A stretch of DNA of 26,541 nucleotides from an uncultured Deinococcales bacterium (GCA_964244895.1 CAXTKV010000049.1:1-26541), one strand, 5' to 3'; positions 16,918 to 25,856 are shown, numbered from the stretch's first letter. The notes: generated by a model not told the origin, from the sequence alone. Made by a program: numbers and translations.

Positions 16918-17405
16918 TGCGCCTCCGACCGGCCACACCCCAAGACGCGGCGGCGATCCTCGAGATCTACAACGACGCGATTCTGAACACGACCGCCGTC
17001 TACAGCTACGACCCGGTGATCTTGGAGAACCGCCTCGAATGGCTCGAGGCCAAAGCCCGCGATGGCTGGCCGGTGTTCGTGGCCGACGATGCGGGGCAGG
17101 TGGTCGGATTCAGCGCTTACGGGGCATTCCGCGCCTGGCCCGCGTACCTTCATACCGTCGAGAACTCGGTCTACGTTCATCCCGGTCGGCGCGGCCAGGG
17201 CATCGGCAAGCTTTTGATTCCACCCCTGATTGAGGCGGCCAGAGCCCAGAACATGCACGCCATGATCGCCGGGATAGACGCCACCAACGAAGTCAGCGCA
17301 CGCCTGCACGCGCACTTCGGGTTCGAGAAAGTCGCCCACTTCCGGGAAGTCGGCTTCAAGTTTGGACGCTGGCTGGATCTGAGCTTCATGGAGTTGATGC
17401 TCTGA
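16917..17405 (+). CDS. GNAT acetyltransferase, phosphinothricin/methionine sulfoximine acetyltransferase (YncA/MddA-like)
   Basis: EIYNDAILNTTA, TVENSVYV, RGQGIG and VGFKFGRWLD motifs. TGATG overlap. Confidence 0.9.
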   Translation: MRLRPATPQDAAAILEIYNDAILNTTAVYSYDPVILENRLEWLEAKARDGWPVFVADDAGQVVGFSAYGAFRAWPAYLHTVENSVYVHPGRRGQGIGKLLIPPLIEAARAQNMHAMIAGIDATNEVSARLHAHFGFEKVAHFREVGFKFGRWLDLSFMELML

Positions 17406-17491
17406 AGATCGTTTGAGTGCGCCGACTGACGCAGCTCCCGTCGGCGCGATGGGATGGGATCGCGCCGTGTTCCCGAGTCTCGAGCGACGGC

Positions 17492-17531
17492 ACCGACCCG
17501 CACATCGTCAAGGAATGCCGTTCCAGACGGT
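17492..17531. repeat. Paired palindromes (25 bp apart, first degenerate)
   Basis: accgacccgcacatc at 17492 and gccgttccagacggt at 17517. A further degenerate copy at 17589. Confidence 0.65.
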
Positions 17532-17699
17532 GTCTCGAGATCAACAACCTTCTCGAGCGTGCGAAACGCGAAGCGCACCGACGCGAACGCCTTCCGGGAC
17601 GCCCGAAGATTCTCTGTCCGCACGACGATCATTAATCCTGCGGCACTTTCAATTTGCGCCCTCGAACTCGATAAAATGAGCGCGTCCCGGCACAAGAAC

Positions 17700-17749
17700 A
17701 CTGTCCAGGACAGCGTTCTTTGGAATCGGGAATGACCGTCCCAGACGGT
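17700..17749. repeat. Paired palindromes (35 bp apart)
   Basis: aagaac-actgtccaggacagc-gttctt at 17700 and accgtcccagacggt at 17735. Confidence 0.88.
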
Positions 17750-17819
17750 CTTTCCGACCTCACAAAAAATCCTCCCGAGCCCGTGCCCGAGAGGATCGTT
17801 CGATGCTGACTTCTGAGGT

Positions 17820-18482
17820 TTACGCCGGGAACCTATAGCCGATGCCCCGCACCGTCTCGACCGTCCACGCGCCGAGTTTCTTGCGCAAATTCCAGACGTA
17901 CACGTCCACCACGTTCGTGTCACCGCCGAAGCTGGCATCCCAGACGTGCTGGATGATCTCGTCGCGCTCAAAGATGCGGCCCGGATGCCCGGCCAGCAGT
18001 TCCAGAATCGCGTACTCCTTGGCGGTCAGGTGCGTGGGTTTGCCATCCACCGTGACGGCTCGCGCGTTCCAGTCCACTTTCAGGTCGAAGCGCTCGAGCA
18101 GGTTGCTCTGGGCGGGTTTGGCGCGGCGCAGCATGGCGCGCAATCGAGCCTGAACCTCGTCCACGCTGTAGGGCTTGACCAGGTAATCGTCGCCGCCGAC
18201 ATCGAATCCGGCCAGACGGTCGTTCAGTTCGGCGCGGGCGGACAGGAACAGCACGGGCGTCTTCAGGCCGTCGCTGCGCAATCGGCGCACGAGCTTCAAG
18301 CCCGCGTCCTGACCTTCGGGAAGGCCGATGTCCACGACCAGCCCGTCGTATGGGTAGACGGTCGCCAGCCCTTCGGCTTCGCTGGCGCTGCCCGCCTCAT
18401 CGACGGCGTAAGTGGCGGCCTTGAGGGATGTGGTCAGCATCTCGCGGATGTCTGGGTCGTCTTCAATCACCAAGAGGCGCAT
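17820..18482 (-). CDS. OmpR/PhoB-family response regulator
   Basis: MRLLVIEDD, phosphoacceptor LVVDIGLP, DDYLVKP, wHTH ETVRGIGY. Start at 18482 with SD-like AGGTG. Confidence 0.93.
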   Translation of the reverse strand: MRLLVIEDDPDIREMLTTSLKAATYAVDEAGSASEAEGLATVYPYDGLVVDIGLPEGQDAGLKLVRRLRSDGLKTPVLFLSARAELNDRLAGFDVGGDDYLVKPYSVDEVQARLRAMLRRAKPAQSNLLERFDLKVDWNARAVTVDGKPTHLTAKEYAILELLAGHPGRIFERDEIIQHVWDASFGGDTNVVDVYVWNLRKKLGAWTVETVRGIGYRFPA

Positions 18483-18698
18483 GGTTTCACCTGTTTCACG
18501 TGTCTGTCTTCTGTTCCCCGGTTCATATCGTGTGCAGTCTGCCACGCAGGTTCTGACAGAACAATCACGCTTCCGGGTGCGCGAGTCTTGGCTCTGCGAG
18601 CCGTCTGAGCGCTGATGTTCGGGTTATACCAATCCCAAGATGAGTTTCCGCTCGAGATTCCCGCCTCGACCAGATCGGTTCGGTGGCATAAAGAGAGC

Positions 18699-18749
18699 AC
18701 CGTCCCAGACGGCGTTCCTGAGTGAAGGAAATATAGCGTGCTGGACGAT
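18699..18749. repeat. Paired palindromes (36 bp apart)
   Basis: accgtcccagacggc at 18699 and agcgtgctggacgat-gttctc at 18735. Confidence 0.8.
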
Positions 18750-18810
18750 GTTCTCGGTGACACACCAGAGGTTCTCGGGGACGCGCCCGAGAATGGAATT
18801 TCGGTTCAAT

Positions 18811-21093
18811 TCAGGCTTGCGATGTCGGCAAGGTCACGGCGAAGGTCGCGCCGCCCAGACCCCAGATGTTCGGCAGGCGCAGGCTCGAGCCGGGCGCGCC
18901 CGGCGTGGAGGTCAACGGCACGGGCGGCGGCCCCTCGATCCAGACGCGCCCACCGTGGCGTTCCGTGATGCGCTTGACGATGGAAAGACCCACGCCCGTG
19001 CCGTTGGAATTGGCATCGAGCTTGTGGAACAAGCCGAACACGCGCTCGCGGCTCTCGAGCGGGATGCCGGGGCCGTTGTCCTTGACGCGCAAGATGATGT
19101 GCTCCTCGCCCGCCGCCAGCGCCCAGGAAAGCTCCACACGCGGCGGCAATCCGGGCCGCCCGGCGTATTTGAGGGCATTACCGATCAAATTCAAGAGCAA
19201 CTGGTACGCCTGAGATTTCGTGTAGGTCACGCTCGGCCAGGTTTTGGGCATGTCGACCTTCATGCGCGCGGCGGTCATCTGCGGTTCCAGGTCGGACAGC
19301 ACGCTCAGCACGGTCTCGCCCAGGTCGAAAGTCTCGAATTCCTCTTGGGCGATACCGACCTTCGAGAGCGTCAAGAGATCCTCGAGCAAGCGCCCCATTT
19401 TTTCAATCCGGCGGTTGATGCGCACCAGCAGCTCGCGCACCTTGGCGTCGTCGTCGTTGGTGATGGCGGTGTCCATCAGGTACGTCAGGCTCTGGATCGC
19501 CAAGAGCGGCGAACGCAAGTCGTGACTGGCGGTATAGACGAAAGATTCCATCTCCGAATGCCGAAGCTCGAGCTCGTGCGTGCGCTCCTCGACGCGTTTT
19601 TCCAGGGTCAGGTTGAGTTCGCGCAATTGCAGTTCGGCGCGGCGGCGCTCCGTCACATCCGAGAAGGCCATCACGCCCGCGATCACCTGCCCGACCGCGT
19701 TGGTGATCGGCGCGGCGTTGGCGCTGATCGCGCCCCACGAACCGTCACCGCGCAGAATCTCGATCTCCTCGCCGATGACGGTCTCACCGTCCCGGATGGC
19801 ACGAGCAAGCGGCCAGCGGTGCGTTTCCAGTGGGCCACCGTCCGTCAGGGTCGTGCCCGTCAGGCTGCCGTTGACCGCACCGGTCTGAAAGCCCAACCAG
19901 TGCGTCCAGATTTCTTCGGTCTGCGACGAAATGCTCTGGTTGAACGGCTGCCGCCAGATTTCCTCGACCTGACGGTTGGCCAGGATCAACCTGCCGGACG
20001 GCGCGTCCGCGATCACGACCGCCGAAGGCATCTGTTGGAGCACGGCCTCGAGATTCGCGCGCTCCGTCTCCAGGCTCAGGATCAGTTCCGTGCGTTCGAG
20101 CGCCCCCGCGCACTGCCGCGCCAGTTCGGTCAGGAAATGCCGCGCTTCGGCGGGAAAGCGCCTGGACTGCAACCAACCGAAGGTCAGCACGCCGACCGCG
20201 CGCCGCCCCAGACGCATGGGAATCGCCACCAGGGCGGCGGGCAAGTTGCGCGCCTGCTGCGAGCGCGGGAACAGACTGACCCACTGCTCGCGCGATTCCA
20301 GCCAGATCGCCTCGCCGTGGGCCGCCTCGAGCAGCACGTCGCGCAGCGCCAGCGGCAAACCGTCCGTCAGTTCGGGCTGGCCGTTGGCCCACAGCACCCG
20401 CATCTGCTCTTTTTCCAGCAGCGTCACCGTGCCGAACGACGCGCCCAATCCCGAGAATCCCTGGTCGATCACGACCTGCGCCAGCGTTTCCGAACTGGTG
20501 GATTCCAGCAGGGCGTTGGCGACGCTGCGCAATCGCGCCGCGCTCTCGCCCGCGCGGGCCAGGGCGCGCCTGGAGCGTTCCTGCGCGAGCTGCAACTGAG
20601 AACCCTCGACCGCCAACGCCGCGAATTGTGCGATCGGTTGCAGGGTCTCCAAGTCGGCCCGCGAACCGCCGAGCGCGATCAGGCCGAGCGTCTGTCCGGC
20701 GATCCGCATCGGGACGATCTGGCCAGACTTGGCGCTGGGCGTCTCGAGCATCAGCCAGCGTTCCAGACCAGCGCCCGCGATCAGTTCTTCGGGATGTCCA
20801 ACGATCGTCGCGGACTGGTCGGGGTTGAGGCTCAGCGCGGCCTCGAGCGGCATCAATGATGCGTCTTGCGCATCGCGCAGCACGACCAGCCTGGCCGCTC
20901 CATCGTCGTCAATCAGGTGAATCGCGCAGCGATCCGCGAATTCAGGAACCAGCACGCCCGCCAGCCGTTCCAGCACGATCCCCGGCGAAACCGGCTCCGG
21001 CGATGCGGCATCGAGCGCGACCGCCAGGCTGGCCTCTGCGATCAGGCGGTAACGGTCGGTGGAACCCAGTGGTGGTCGCGTTTCGGTCGGCAT
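18811..21093 (-). CDS. Cytoplasmic GAF-GAF-PAS sensor histidine kinase
   Basis: H-box ASHDLRSPL, N-box NLIGNALKY, G1 DNGPGI, G2 GTGVGL, with GAF/PAS segments and no TM. Start uncertain, MPTETR chosen. Confidence 0.9.
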   Translation of the reverse strand: MPTETRPPLGSTDRYRLIAEASLAVALDAASPEPVSPGIVLERLAGVLVPEFADRCAIHLIDDDGAARLVVLRDAQDASLMPLEAALSLNPDQSATIVGHPEELIAGAGLERWLMLETPSAKSGQIVPMRIAGQTLGLIALGGSRADLETLQPIAQFAALAVEGSQLQLAQERSRRALARAGESAARLRSVANALLESTSSETLAQVVIDQGFSGLGASFGTVTLLEKEQMRVLWANGQPELTDGLPLALRDVLLEAAHGEAIWLESREQWVSLFPRSQQARNLPAALVAIPMRLGRRAVGVLTFGWLQSRRFPAEARHFLTELARQCAGALERTELILSLETERANLEAVLQQMPSAVVIADAPSGRLILANRQVEEIWRQPFNQSISSQTEEIWTHWLGFQTGAVNGSLTGTTLTDGGPLETHRWPLARAIRDGETVIGEEIEILRGDGSWGAISANAAPITNAVGQVIAGVMAFSDVTERRRAELQLRELNLTLEKRVEERTHELELRHSEMESFVYTASHDLRSPLLAIQSLTYLMDTAITNDDDAKVRELLVRINRRIEKMGRLLEDLLTLSKVGIAQEEFETFDLGETVLSVLSDLEPQMTAARMKVDMPKTWPSVTYTKSQAYQLLLNLIGNALKYAGRPGLPPRVELSWALAAGEEHIILRVKDNGPGIPLESRERVFGLFHKLDANSNGTGVGLSIVKRITERHGGRVWIEGPPPVPLTSTPGAPGSSLRLPNIWGLGGATFAVTLPTSQA

Positions 21094-21323
21094 CGTTTCA
21101 GTCGGATCGGTCAGTCGGTTTCGAGGTTGAAGCTCGTCCGGTTCGAGCCTACCAGTCCCGAAGAATTCGGTTGGGTAAATCTTGGCGTTTTCCGTCGGTG
21201 AGGAATCGCTCGAGGTCTGGAAAGCGTGAAACGCACCCCGAATTGCGCTCGGAGAACCGCTTCTCGCGCGCCACCGCGCGAGGACGCACCAAAATGCACG
21301 CTCGAGCCTCGCTTTCATGAAGG

Positions 21324-21354
21324 TGGCACGGTTTTTCAAACCGTGCCAGACGGC
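21324..21354. repeat. Hairpin overlapping a single palindrome copy
   Basis: TGGCACGGTTT-ttc-AAACCGTGCCA hairpin, with accgtgccagacggc at 21340. Confidence 0.65.
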
Positions 21355-21548
21355 AAAAAATGCACCGAAGCGTCATCTCATGCGTCCAGGAGGATCTTTG
21401 TTGACCCAAAGAAGCTGAGTAAAAGATTCCCGAGGCAAGCCTCGGGTATTCACAGCCAGAAGTCGCACCCTCGAGAAGACGGAAAAGCTCGAGCGGTATC
21501 AGAGAAAAAGCGAGGCGAGCCTGACAGAATGCACCCTCAGAAATTCAT

Positions 21549-21581
21549 TCGAGAAATACCGTTCTGAACGGCATTTCTCGA
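21549..21581. repeat. Extended single palindrome copy bounded by TCGAG arms
   Basis: tcgagaaat-accgttctgaacggc-atttctcga. Confidence 0.8.
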
Positions 21582-21599
21582 GATAGCGCGGGCTATGTC

Positions 21600-22310
21600 T
21601 CAGATCAGGCTGAGCCGATACCCGCGACCGCGAACCGTCTCGATCACGTGCGATCCGAGCTTGCGGCGGATGCTGGTCACGAAGGCCGAAACCCTGCCCC
21701 CCTCAGCCCTCGAGAGTTCCCGACTCGAGAGCACCTGACCGGGTTTCGAGGCCAGCACCTCGAGCAGATCGAACTCGTGCGGGCTGAGCGGCACCAGGCG
21801 GTCGCTGACGCGCGCGGTGCGGGCCGCCCAATCCAGGTGAACGTCACTTTGCGCGATGTTGTACGCCAGGCGCGGGTTGGCGCGGCGCAACACGGCGCGC
21901 ACCCGCACCCGCACTTCCTCGGGCACGAGCGGACGAACCAGGTAATCGTCGCTGCCCGCGTCGAGCGCCGCCACCCGATCGCGCAGCAAGGCCGACCGTC
22001 CGATCAGCACGACTGGCGTGTGCGCGTGACTGACGCGCAGTTGCTGCAACAAACCGATTCCGGCCTGCGGGTATTCGGGCAGCGCGATCTCGAGGATGAT
22101 CAGGTCATAACTGGTGCGCGCCAGGTGCTGTTCCGCATCGGGCAGCTTCGTCACGCGGTCGATCTCATAACCGCCCGTGTTCAGACCCGAGTTGAGGGCA
22201 TCATCAGCATCGGGAGACTCGAGCACCAGTACCCGAAAACGCGTCCTGACCGGACGGGGCTGTCCTTCGCGCTCGGGCGACCATGCGGTGCTGGGATTGA
22301 AAGCGTTCAC
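21600..22310 (-). CDS. Atypical OmpR-family regulator with pseudo-receiver domain
   Basis: YDLIILEIALP (Asp to Glu), DDYLVRP (Lys to Arg), wHTH ETVRGRGY. Confidence 0.85.
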   Translation of the reverse strand: MNAFNPSTAWSPEREGQPRPVRTRFRVLVLESPDADDALNSGLNTGGYEIDRVTKLPDAEQHLARTSYDLIILEIALPEYPQAGIGLLQQLRVSHAHTPVVLIGRSALLRDRVAALDAGSDDYLVRPLVPEEVRVRVRAVLRRANPRLAYNIAQSDVHLDWAARTARVSDRLVPLSPHEFDLLEVLASKPGQVLSSRELSRAEGGRVSAFVTSIRRKLGSHVIETVRGRGYRLSLI

Positions 22311-22488
22311 GAGACACTGACCTCACGGAGCTGCGCTGATTTTTGTGGTCGCCCTGAGCCTACCGCACGGCCCCATCAGAAATAAAGTGATGGGGGACGC
22401 TCATTCCAAGCGTTCGGGTTGCGCCCCGAGAAACCCACGTTCTTCATGATTCTGATCGGTCAGGATTTAGACCGGCTTAAGTGGGGTG

Positions 22489-22544
22489 GCAGGCTGCAAG
22501 CCGCAAGCCGCAAGTTGCAGGCCGCAAGCCTCGAACCGCAAGGA
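22489..22544 (+). repeat. Heptamer tandem array (GCAAGCC)x8
   Basis: gcaggct gcaagcc gcaagcc gcaagtt gcaggcc gcaagcc tcgaacc gcaagga. Confidence 0.85.
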
Positions 22545-22560
22545 AAGTCATTTCGAGAAG

Positions 22561-22610
22561 ACCGTGCTGGACGCAGCCTCGAGGGCTCACAAAAACGCGT
22601 CCTGGACGGT
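22561..22610. repeat. Paired palindromes (35 bp apart)
   Basis: gaag-accgtgctggacgca at 22561 and cgcgtcctggacggt-gttc at 22596. Confidence 0.85.
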
Positions 22611-22657
22611 GTTCTAAAAAGATCGCTCGAGATTCGCGCCCTGCGTACAATAGTTCT

Positions 22658-22706
22658 CGCTCGAGGCCCTGGGTTCTGGGCTCGAGGCTTGCGGCTCACG
22701 GCTTCG
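22658..22706 (-). repeat. Degenerate inverted heptamer array (GGCTTGC-like)x7
   Basis: cgctcga ggccctg ggttctg ggctcga ggcttgc ggctcac ggcttcg. Confidence 0.65.
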
Positions 22707-22763
22707 TTTCCCGTCAATCTTTTGCCATGCACGTCCCGCACCGTGGGTGTTAGGCTCGGTCGC

Positions 22764-23696
22764 ATGGACGGTGTGGACAGGGTTCACGGCGCTTCGCAGC
22801 GCCTCAAGAGTGCGCTCTCGAGGTCGTTGATCGGCCAGGAGGACGTGATCGAATCCCTGATCGCGGTGGCGCTGGCGGGCGGTCACGCGCTTCTGGAAGG
22901 CGTGCCGGGCTTGGGCAAAACCTGGCTGGCGCAGAATTTTGCCAAGGCCGCCAACCTGGAATACCGACGCATTCAGTTCACGCCGGATCTGATGCCCGCA
23001 GACGTGACGGGCACGCAGGTGATCGAGTCTTCGGGCGGCAGCCTGACGTACCGTTTCCAACAGGGGCCGCTCTTCACGCAGTTGCTGCTGGCCGACGAGA
23101 TCAACCGCGCCACGCCCAAAACGCAATCGGCGCTTTTGGAAGCCATGCAGGAAGGGGCAGTCACGACGGCGGGCGAACGGCGCGAGTTGCCGCAACCGTT
23201 CATGGTGCTGGCCACGCAGAACCCCCTCGAGATGGAGGGCACCTATCCCCTGCCCGAGGCGCAGCTGGATCGGTTCCTGGCGCGGATCGAATTCAAACGC
23301 CCATCGCCGGAAACGCTGAAAAAAGTGCTCGAGGCGGGTCAGGTTTCGCCGTCGCCGTTGGCGCTCGATCCGGGCGAGTTGCTCGAGTTGCGCGGCATCG
23401 TCCGAGACGTGCCCGTCTCGCAACCGATGCTCGAGACGATCGTGGCCCTGACCGAGGCCACCCACCAGCACAAGGCCGTGCGCTACGGGATTTCTCCGCG
23501 CGGGGCGCAGGCGCTCTTAGGCATGGCGCGGGCGTTCGCGTTGATGGACGCCCGCCCGTTCGTGTCCAGAGAAGATGTCGTGCGGGCCGCGCCGCTGGCC
23601 GCCAACCACCGATTGATCCTGGGCTTCGAGGCGGAACTCGAGGGGATCACGCCTTCCAACGTGCTGAAATCCGTGCTGGAGGGGGTCAAGGCGTGA
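22764..23696 (+). CDS. moxR: MoxR-family AAA+ ATPase
   Basis: Walker A GVPGLGKT, RIQFTPDLMPAD, LADEINRA and ATQNPLEMEGTYPLPEAQLDRF. TAGGCT 7 nt before ATG 22764. Confidence 0.93.
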   Translation: MDGVDRVHGASQRLKSALSRSLIGQEDVIESLIAVALAGGHALLEGVPGLGKTWLAQNFAKAANLEYRRIQFTPDLMPADVTGTQVIESSGGSLTYRFQQGPLFTQLLLADEINRATPKTQSALLEAMQEGAVTTAGERRELPQPFMVLATQNPLEMEGTYPLPEAQLDRFLARIEFKRPSPETLKKVLEAGQVSPSPLALDPGELLELRGIVRDVPVSQPMLETIVALTEATHQHKAVRYGISPRGAQALLGMARAFALMDARPFVSREDVVRAAPLAANHRLILGFEAELEGITPSNVLKSVLEGVKA

Positions 23697-23863
23697 TTCT
23701 GGCGGCGTTGATCTCGGCGGCGATCAGTTTTTTGCTGGACAGGCGTTTTTTTCAGGGCGACCAGCAGCGGATCTTCAAGGTCTTCGCCGTGTTCGTGTTC
23801 GCCTGGGGTGTGATCGGGGTGGGTTTCCGAATCCTCGGGCTGTCGCTGCTGCGCGCCGGATGA
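23693..23863 (+). CDS. 56-aa two-TM small membrane protein (not in ORF track)
   Basis: GTGA overlap with the moxR stop and SD GGAGG. Sequence MILAALISAAISFLLDRRFFQGDQQRIFKVFAVFVFAWGVIGVGFRILGLSLLRAG. Confidence 0.7.
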   Translation: MILAALISAAISFLLDRRFFQGDQQRIFKVFAVFVFAWGVIGVGFRILGLSLLRAG

Positions 23864-23895
23864 TCGAGCTCTTTCACATCGCCAATCTCGGGAAG

Positions 23896-23946
23896 ACCGT
23901 CTGGGACGGCGTTCTTCGTGAGCGCAGAGATGCCGTTCTGGACGGT
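23896..23946. repeat. Paired palindromes (36 bp apart)
   Basis: accgtctgggacggc at 23896 and gccgttctggacggt at 23932. Confidence 0.85.
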
Positions 23947-23954
23947 GTTTCCGC

Positions 23955-24677
23955 GTGAGCCTGCGCGGTTACCGCTTGGCTTCTCGAGCGACCGCTTTGC
24001 AGGGTGGGGATCGGCGCTCGAACCTGGTGGGGTCGGGCGGCGAATTCATGGATTACCGGGCTTACGAACCAGGCGATGAACCCCGGCACGTCGACTGGAA
24101 CGTCTACGCGCGCACGGGACGCTTGTTCACGCGCCAGTACCACGCGGAACGTTCCAGCCGCGTTTACGGGGCGCTGGATCGTTCGCTTTCGATGCAGGAA
24201 AAACACGATTTCAGCCTCGAGACGCTGCGCTTCTTGCGCACCTTCGCTCGGGCCGACACCTGGCTCGAGCGCGATCTAAACGGCCTGGCGGCGGGATTGG
24301 GGCGGTTGGCGTTGGAGCGTCCGGGCCTGGTGGTGCTGGTCACGGACGGTCTGGAACCTCTGAGTGCCGTTCGGGTCGGGCTCTCGAGTCTGGTCGCGCG
24401 CCGTTTCGACGTGTCGGTGGTTCAGGTCTTGTCGGCGGATGACCTCGAGCCGCCCAGCGGCGCGTGGCGCGTGCGCGACGCCGAGGACGGCCTGGAACGC
24501 GAGGTCGACGACGCGGCGCGGCGCGCATACCTTTCGCGCTTGGCGCGCCACCTGGAGTCTTTTGCGGCCTTGACGCGCGGTTTGGGGTTGCGCCACGTTC
24601 AGGTGCGTTCGGACGCGAACCGACTCGAGGTTTGGTCGCGTTTGCGGCGCGCCGGAATTCTCGAGCGCGGCGCGTGA
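23955..24677 (+). CDS. DUF58 domain protein (vWA-like, MoxR partner)
   Basis: GSGGEFMDYRAYEPGDEPRHVDWNVYART, LDRSLSM and LVTDG motifs. Confidence 0.9.
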   Translation: MSLRGYRLASRATALQGGDRRSNLVGSGGEFMDYRAYEPGDEPRHVDWNVYARTGRLFTRQYHAERSSRVYGALDRSLSMQEKHDFSLETLRFLRTFARADTWLERDLNGLAAGLGRLALERPGLVVLVTDGLEPLSAVRVGLSSLVARRFDVSVVQVLSADDLEPPSGAWRVRDAEDGLEREVDDAARRAYLSRLARHLESFAALTRGLGLRHVQVRSDANRLEVWSRLRRAGILERGA

Positions 24678-25117
24678 AAGCGGCCAACCCCGACCCGTGA
24701 ACCATGATGCTCGGGTGCGAGGCTGGTTTCGACACCAGCCCGAGGATACCGATTTACGCGTGTACAGCGATCTCGATTAGAGGTTGGCACTGTCGTTTTT
24801 CTCGGGATCGAAAGCAATCCAAGAACCGCCTCTCATGGATCTCAGGATCGATTCAACTCGTCTGCGAGGCTCGGAACCCGATTCAGGCTCCAATTCAGGC
24901 AGCGCGTAATGTGATCTACCCCTCACAAAAAACTCAGGGGCAGCGATAACTTCTCATCGAGCCGTTCTTCAGTCAGAAAATATCGGCCATATGAGATTCG
25001 TGTCTTCACCGGATCTTGATATTTTCGTGTATGGACTCAAGTTCAACTGGATCGGATTTCGTCCGACTCAGACGCAACACATCAGACCTTCACACTTTCT
25101 GGTGTGGACTTTTTCGC

Positions 25118-25146
25118 TTGACCTAGGCCATTCGGCTCAGCATACT
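25118..25146 (+). promoter_or_regulatory. Sigma-A promoter, leaderless
   Basis: TTGACC-17 nt-CATACT, then 7 nt to ATG 25154. Confidence 0.65.
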
Positions 25147-25153
25147 GACCCGC

Positions 25154-25837
25154 ATGCGTAGGAGCCTCGCACTTGTCATTGTCGCCACACTGACCTCATT
25201 CGCGCTGGGCTCTATGGCCTCGGCCAAATCGTATACGGTTCAGTCCGGCGATACCCTCTACGGCATCGCGCAGGCCAACAGCGTCACGATGGCGCGCGTG
25301 CTGATGCTCAACCCCGGTTTGAACGGCATGAACCTCAAGCCCGGTCAGAAGCTCGAGCTTCCCGACGACGCCAAACCCGCGACCGTCGCCACGACCGCAG
25401 CCAAGCCAACCCCGACAGCGACAGCCCCGACGGCGACAGCCCCGACCGCGCGCAGCATCACCCGCGCGTTGTCCAACGCGAACGTCACGCGCGCCGCCTA
25501 CAGGTACGTCGGTTCGCCTTACGTCTGGGGCGCGGCGGGCCCGCGCGCCTTCGATTGCAGCGGTTTCGTGATGCACGTGATGGCGCAATTCGGCGTCAAG
25601 TTGCCCCACTCGAGCCGCCTACAGGCGCAGATGGGCACCTTCGTTTCTCGCGGCAATCTGCAACCCGGTGACCTGGTGTTCTTCGCCACGCGCGGCGCGG
25701 GCATCTCGCACGTCGCGATTTACGTCGGCAACAACACCATCGTTCACGCGTCCACGCCGGGCACGGGCGTGATCGCCTCGAGCCTGAGCGAAAAATACTA
25801 CGCCGCCCGTTACGTCGGCGCGCGGCGCGTGCTCTAA
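25154..25837 (+). CDS. LysM + NlpC/P60 (C40) peptidoglycan endopeptidase
   Basis: Signal peptide, LysM YTVQSGDTLYGIA, (ATAPT)n linker, PYVWG...FDCSG, HVAIY and VHAS motifs. Confidence 0.94.
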   Translation: MRRSLALVIVATLTSFALGSMASAKSYTVQSGDTLYGIAQANSVTMARVLMLNPGLNGMNLKPGQKLELPDDAKPATVATTAAKPTPTATAPTATAPTARSITRALSNANVTRAAYRYVGSPYVWGAAGPRAFDCSGFVMHVMAQFGVKLPHSSRLQAQMGTFVSRGNLQPGDLVFFATRGAGISHVAIYVGNNTIVHASTPGTGVIASSLSEKYYAARYVGARRVL

Positions 25838-25856
25838 TTTCGGGTCTGATACCCGA

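Noticed and set aside
18640..20859. 739-aa plus-strand ORF
   Set aside because: Antisense shadow of the histidine kinase.
21558..21574. Resemblance of half-sites to the Neisseria DNA uptake sequence (ATGCCGTCTGAA)
   Set aside because: No exact DUS is present. The motif here is a self-palindrome confined to intergenic DNA, so the shared CCGTC is probably coincidental.
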